Source: Burkholderiales bacterium (GTDB lineage Bacteria > Pseudomonadota > Gammaproteobacteria > Burkholderiales > JAHFRG01). From it: a DNA stretch of 49,276 bases. The stretch is taken from assembly GCA_035319205.1 (NCBI GenBank), contig DATHDD010000047.1:1-49276 (forward strand), read 5' to 3'. The translations under genes were made by a program, and so were the position numbers. Below are positions 46,627 through 49,276 of the stretch, one piece after another (the first letter of the stretch is position 1; each line of letters starts with the position of its first letter). The notes under the pieces are model-generated. The model saw only the letters and a list, made by a program, of their open reading frames with translations. It was not told the DNA's origin and did not search any database.

Positions 46627-47949
46627 ATGGCTGCTATCCCGAAGGACTTCCGGCGCGTGATTATTGCCGCGTCGGTGGGGAATGTCATCGAATGGTACGA
46701 TTTCTACATTTTTGGAAGCCTAGCCGCCATCTTGGCGGTCAAGTTTTTCGACAAGTCCCACCCCGTCGCGGCTTTGTTGAGCACTATTGCACTCTTCACC
46801 GCAGGATTCTTAATCCGTCCCCTGGGCGCATTCCTTTTCGGATGGATGGGCGACCGAGTGGGCCGCAAGTACACCTTTCTGGTCACCTTGAGCGGCATGG
46901 GTATCGGCACAGGTTTTATCGGGCTGATCCCCTCTTTCCAGACCATCGGTCTGTCAGCCGCGTTCATCCTCTTCGGCCTGAGGATGATCCAGGGCTTGGC
47001 CTTGGGTGGAGAGTATGGAGGCGCCATCACCTACGTCGCCGAGCACGTGTCGGATGAACGCCGCGGCTTCTATACTGGGTGGCTGCAGACTTCTCCCACA
47101 CTTGGAATTGTGGTTTCGCTCGCTGTGATTGTCGGTACCCGAACATACTTTGGCACCGACGCATTCAACGAGTGGGCGTGGCGCATTCCGTTTCTGTTTT
47201 CTTTCGTGCTGGTTGCAATTGCAATCTACATTCGCCTGCAACTGCAGGAGACGCCGATATTCCAGGAGATTAGAGCTAAAGGTGAAATGGTCAAGAACCC
47301 GTGGAAGGAAGCTTTCCTTAGCAGGAATATCAAGTACGTGTTGATCGCCAGCGTTGTGGTGATCGGGGAAGGGGTAGTCTGGTACAGCGGGCAGTTTTGG
47401 GCTTTGTTCTACCTGCAACAAGTGTCCAAAGTGGACGTGGTCACGTCGAGCATAATCGTGGGAACCGCGCTGCTCATTGCAACTCCGACTTTGATCCTCT
47501 ATGGCTGGTTGTCTGACCTAATCGGCCGCAAGCCGATCATTTTGGGAGGCTTCTTGCTCGCGGCATTGACCTACTACCCGCTGTATTCATGGCTGGGTCA
47601 GGTAACACAGCCGGGCAATATCGATTATCCCGTCGCAATCTTCATCATTTGTATCCTCGTGTCCTACGTTGGGATGGTCTACGGGCCGATCGGAGCATTC
47701 CTGGCGGAATATTTCCCCGGCAGGATCCGCTACACCTCTGTATCCGTTCCGTATCACATCGGGAATGGCTGGGGCGGCGGACTGGTGCCGTTCATCACCA
47801 CAGCCGCCTACCAAGCTACGCACAGCCTTGGCAATGCCCTGATTTACCCGATTGCGGTACCCGCGGTATGCTTCGTGATTGCCCTCTTCCTTATGCCGGA
47901 AACGCGGCATCATAGTATCTGGGAACCAGGGAAAGCTCATGCGCGATAG
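46627..47949 (+). CDS. MFS transporter, metabolite:H+ symporter (MHS) family
   Basis: 440 aa from ATG 46627, with AAGGAGG 8 nt upstream (the track's GTG at 46570 adds 19 aa). It has the MHS N-terminus ASVGNVIEWYDFYIFGSLAA, GWMGDRVGRK and 12 TM helices. Confidence 0.87.
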   Translation: MAAIPKDFRRVIIAASVGNVIEWYDFYIFGSLAAILAVKFFDKSHPVAALLSTIALFTAGFLIRPLGAFLFGWMGDRVGRKYTFLVTLSGMGIGTGFIGLIPSFQTIGLSAAFILFGLRMIQGLALGGEYGGAITYVAEHVSDERRGFYTGWLQTSPTLGIVVSLAVIVGTRTYFGTDAFNEWAWRIPFLFSFVLVAIAIYIRLQLQETPIFQEIRAKGEMVKNPWKEAFLSRNIKYVLIASVVVIGEGVVWYSGQFWALFYLQQVSKVDVVTSSIIVGTALLIATPTLILYGWLSDLIGRKPIILGGFLLAALTYYPLYSWLGQVTQPGNIDYPVAIFIICILVSYVGMVYGPIGAFLAEYFPGRIRYTSVSVPYHIGNGWGGGLVPFITTAAYQATHSLGNALIYPIAVPAVCFVIALFLMPETRHHSIWEPGKAHAR

Positions 47950-47974
47950 TTAAACAGCTCCCATTGAGTGCACT

Positions 47975-48002
47975 AAGCCCGCCCACAAGGCGGGCTTTTT
48001 TT
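47975..48002 (+). terminator. intrinsic terminator after the MFS gene
   Basis: AGCCCGCC-CACAA-GGCGGGCT followed by T7. Confidence 0.75.
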
Positions 48003-48030
48003 GTCCAACGCGGTAGAATTACATCAACAC

Positions 48031-48122
<92 letters not shown>

Positions 48123-48175
48123 TACCCTATCTATAACGCTGTGATATTTTCTCCACTTCCATGGCGGTTAAGGAG

Positions 48176-49276
48176 CTATTTATTTACCGCAACAGCACTG
48201 CGTATCTGTTCCAGGGCACTGGGATCGTCCAGCGTGGTTAAATCGCCTGGATCGCGCCCTTCCGCTAACGCTTGTATGCTGCGCCTTAGCACCTTGCCGG
48301 AACGTGTCTTGGGCAATAGCGTCACGAAATGCACGCGGGACGGACGTCCAATTGCACCCAGGATTTTATCCACCGTTTCCATGACCTCTTTTTCCATGGC
48401 CGTGCGACCATCCGGTGCCGCGACGCACGCCGGATCTTTCGCCACGGCAAAAGCCAGCGGCACTTGTCCTTTTAACTGATCGGCAACTCCCACCACGGCG
48501 ACTTCGGCGATGTTGGGATGGGAACTAACCGCCTCCTCGATTTCGCGGGTGCCCAGCCGGTGGCCCGCCACGTTAATTACATCATCGGTGCGGCCAAGAA
48601 TGAAGTAATAGCCGTCGTCATCGCGGATCCCCCAGTCGAAAGTGGTGTAGACCATTTTGTCCTTGAAACTTGTGAAATAAGTCTGCACAAAGCGTTCATT
48701 CTGGCCCCAAACAGTGGACATGCAGCCCGGCGGCAGCGGCGGAATCACGGTAACCACGCCCTTTTCGTTGTTGCCGACTTCCTGGCCGGTGGCCTCGTGC
48801 AGCAACCGCAAGTTGTAGCCATAAGCGGGGAAACTGGGACTGCCAAACTTGGTTTTGGTTTTTTCCACACCCGGGGCACAGGTCAAAATTGCCCAGCCGG
48901 TTTCCGTCTGCCAGTAGTGATCAATGACCGGCTTCTGCAACGCCTTGGAAATCCATACATGTGTTGGTTCATCCAAGGGTTCGCCCGCAAGGAACAGGTA
49001 CCGCAGCGATGAAATATTGTATTTTTTGAGATAGGCCGGGTCCTGCTTCTTGAGAACGCGAATGGCAGTCGGCGCAGTGAACATCACGGTGACCTTGTGG
49101 TCTTGGACGATTTTCCACCAAATGCCGGCATCGGGACGCACCGGAACCCCTTCATACATAATGGTAGTCATCCCGGCAATCAGCGGCCCGTAAATAATAT
49201 AGGAATGCCCCACCACCCAGCCAATATCAGAGGCGGTAAACATGGTTTCCCCGGCGTTGCCGCAGTAAATATATTT
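48176..49276 (-). CDS. propionate--CoA ligase / acyl-CoA synthetase (Acs/PrpE family), 5' end outside the window
   Basis: The frame stays open upstream of the track's Met to the window edge (..KYIYCGNAGETMFTASDIGWVVGHSY..). C-terminal motifs are DDVINVAGHRLGT and PKTRSGKVLRR. It is shorter than Acs and has PrpE-like sequence features. Confidence 0.82.
   Translation of the reverse strand, partial: KYIYCGNAGETMFTASDIGWVVGHSYIIYGPLIAGMTTIMYEGVPVRPDAGIWWKIVQDHKVTVMFTAPTAIRVLKKQDPAYLKKYNISSLRYLFLAGEPLDEPTHVWISKALQKPVIDHYWQTETGWAILTCAPGVEKTKTKFGSPSFPAYGYNLRLLHEATGQEVGNNEKGVVTVIPPLPPGCMSTVWGQNERFVQTYFTSFKDKMVYTTFDWGIRDDDGYYFILGRTDDVINVAGHRLGTREIEEAVSSHPNIAEVAVVGVADQLKGQVPLAFAVAKDPACVAAPDGRTAMEKEVMETVDKILGAIGRPSRVHFVTLLPKTRSGKVLRRSIQALAEGRDPGDLTTLDDPSALEQIRSAVAVNK

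Overview
The window reads as chromosomal core DNA from a proteobacterium, most consistent with a betaproteobacterium. That placement is an inference from gene order only: lpxD-skp-bamA-rseP-dxr-cdsA-uppS-frr-pyrH-tsf-rpsB runs divergent from map-glnD, followed by def-mtnP-hpt-galU-ligA-zipA-smc, queF, and a succinylase DAP cluster dapC-dapD...dapE-prmB. Further on are rluB, recR-ybaB-dnaX, a PagL-like deacylase, SRP RNA, acs, a symporter-fused histidine kinase with two response regulators, an MFS transporter, tRNA-Ser(GGA) and a partial prpE-like ligase. I support about 40 protein genes, 2 RNA genes, 3 intrinsic terminators and a few sigma70-like promoters. I saw no CRISPR array, transposase, integrase or phage genes. 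Three places break the housekeeping pattern. (1) At 32.1-35.1 kb, a self-contained two-gene unit pairs a TPR + beta-barrel outer-membrane protein (Slam/DUF560-like architecture) with a secreted FecR-domain protein that has a TbpB-like C-terminal module. This is my best candidate for an undescribed export system. (2) At 27.8-29.9 kb, an AT-rich unknown gene is translationally coupled to an orphan PilU-like ATPase, and the pair is wedged inside the dap cluster. (3) At 40-49 kb, a short-chain-acid locus has a transporter-kinase fusion in the position where an acetate permease would be expected. Smaller observations include an A9 slippery tract in dnaX at the gamma/tau boundary, a structured rpsB leader, repeat-bounded intergenic elements and candidate regulator binding repeats. 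All family assignments come from reading the translations and from remembered motifs. No database search was run.
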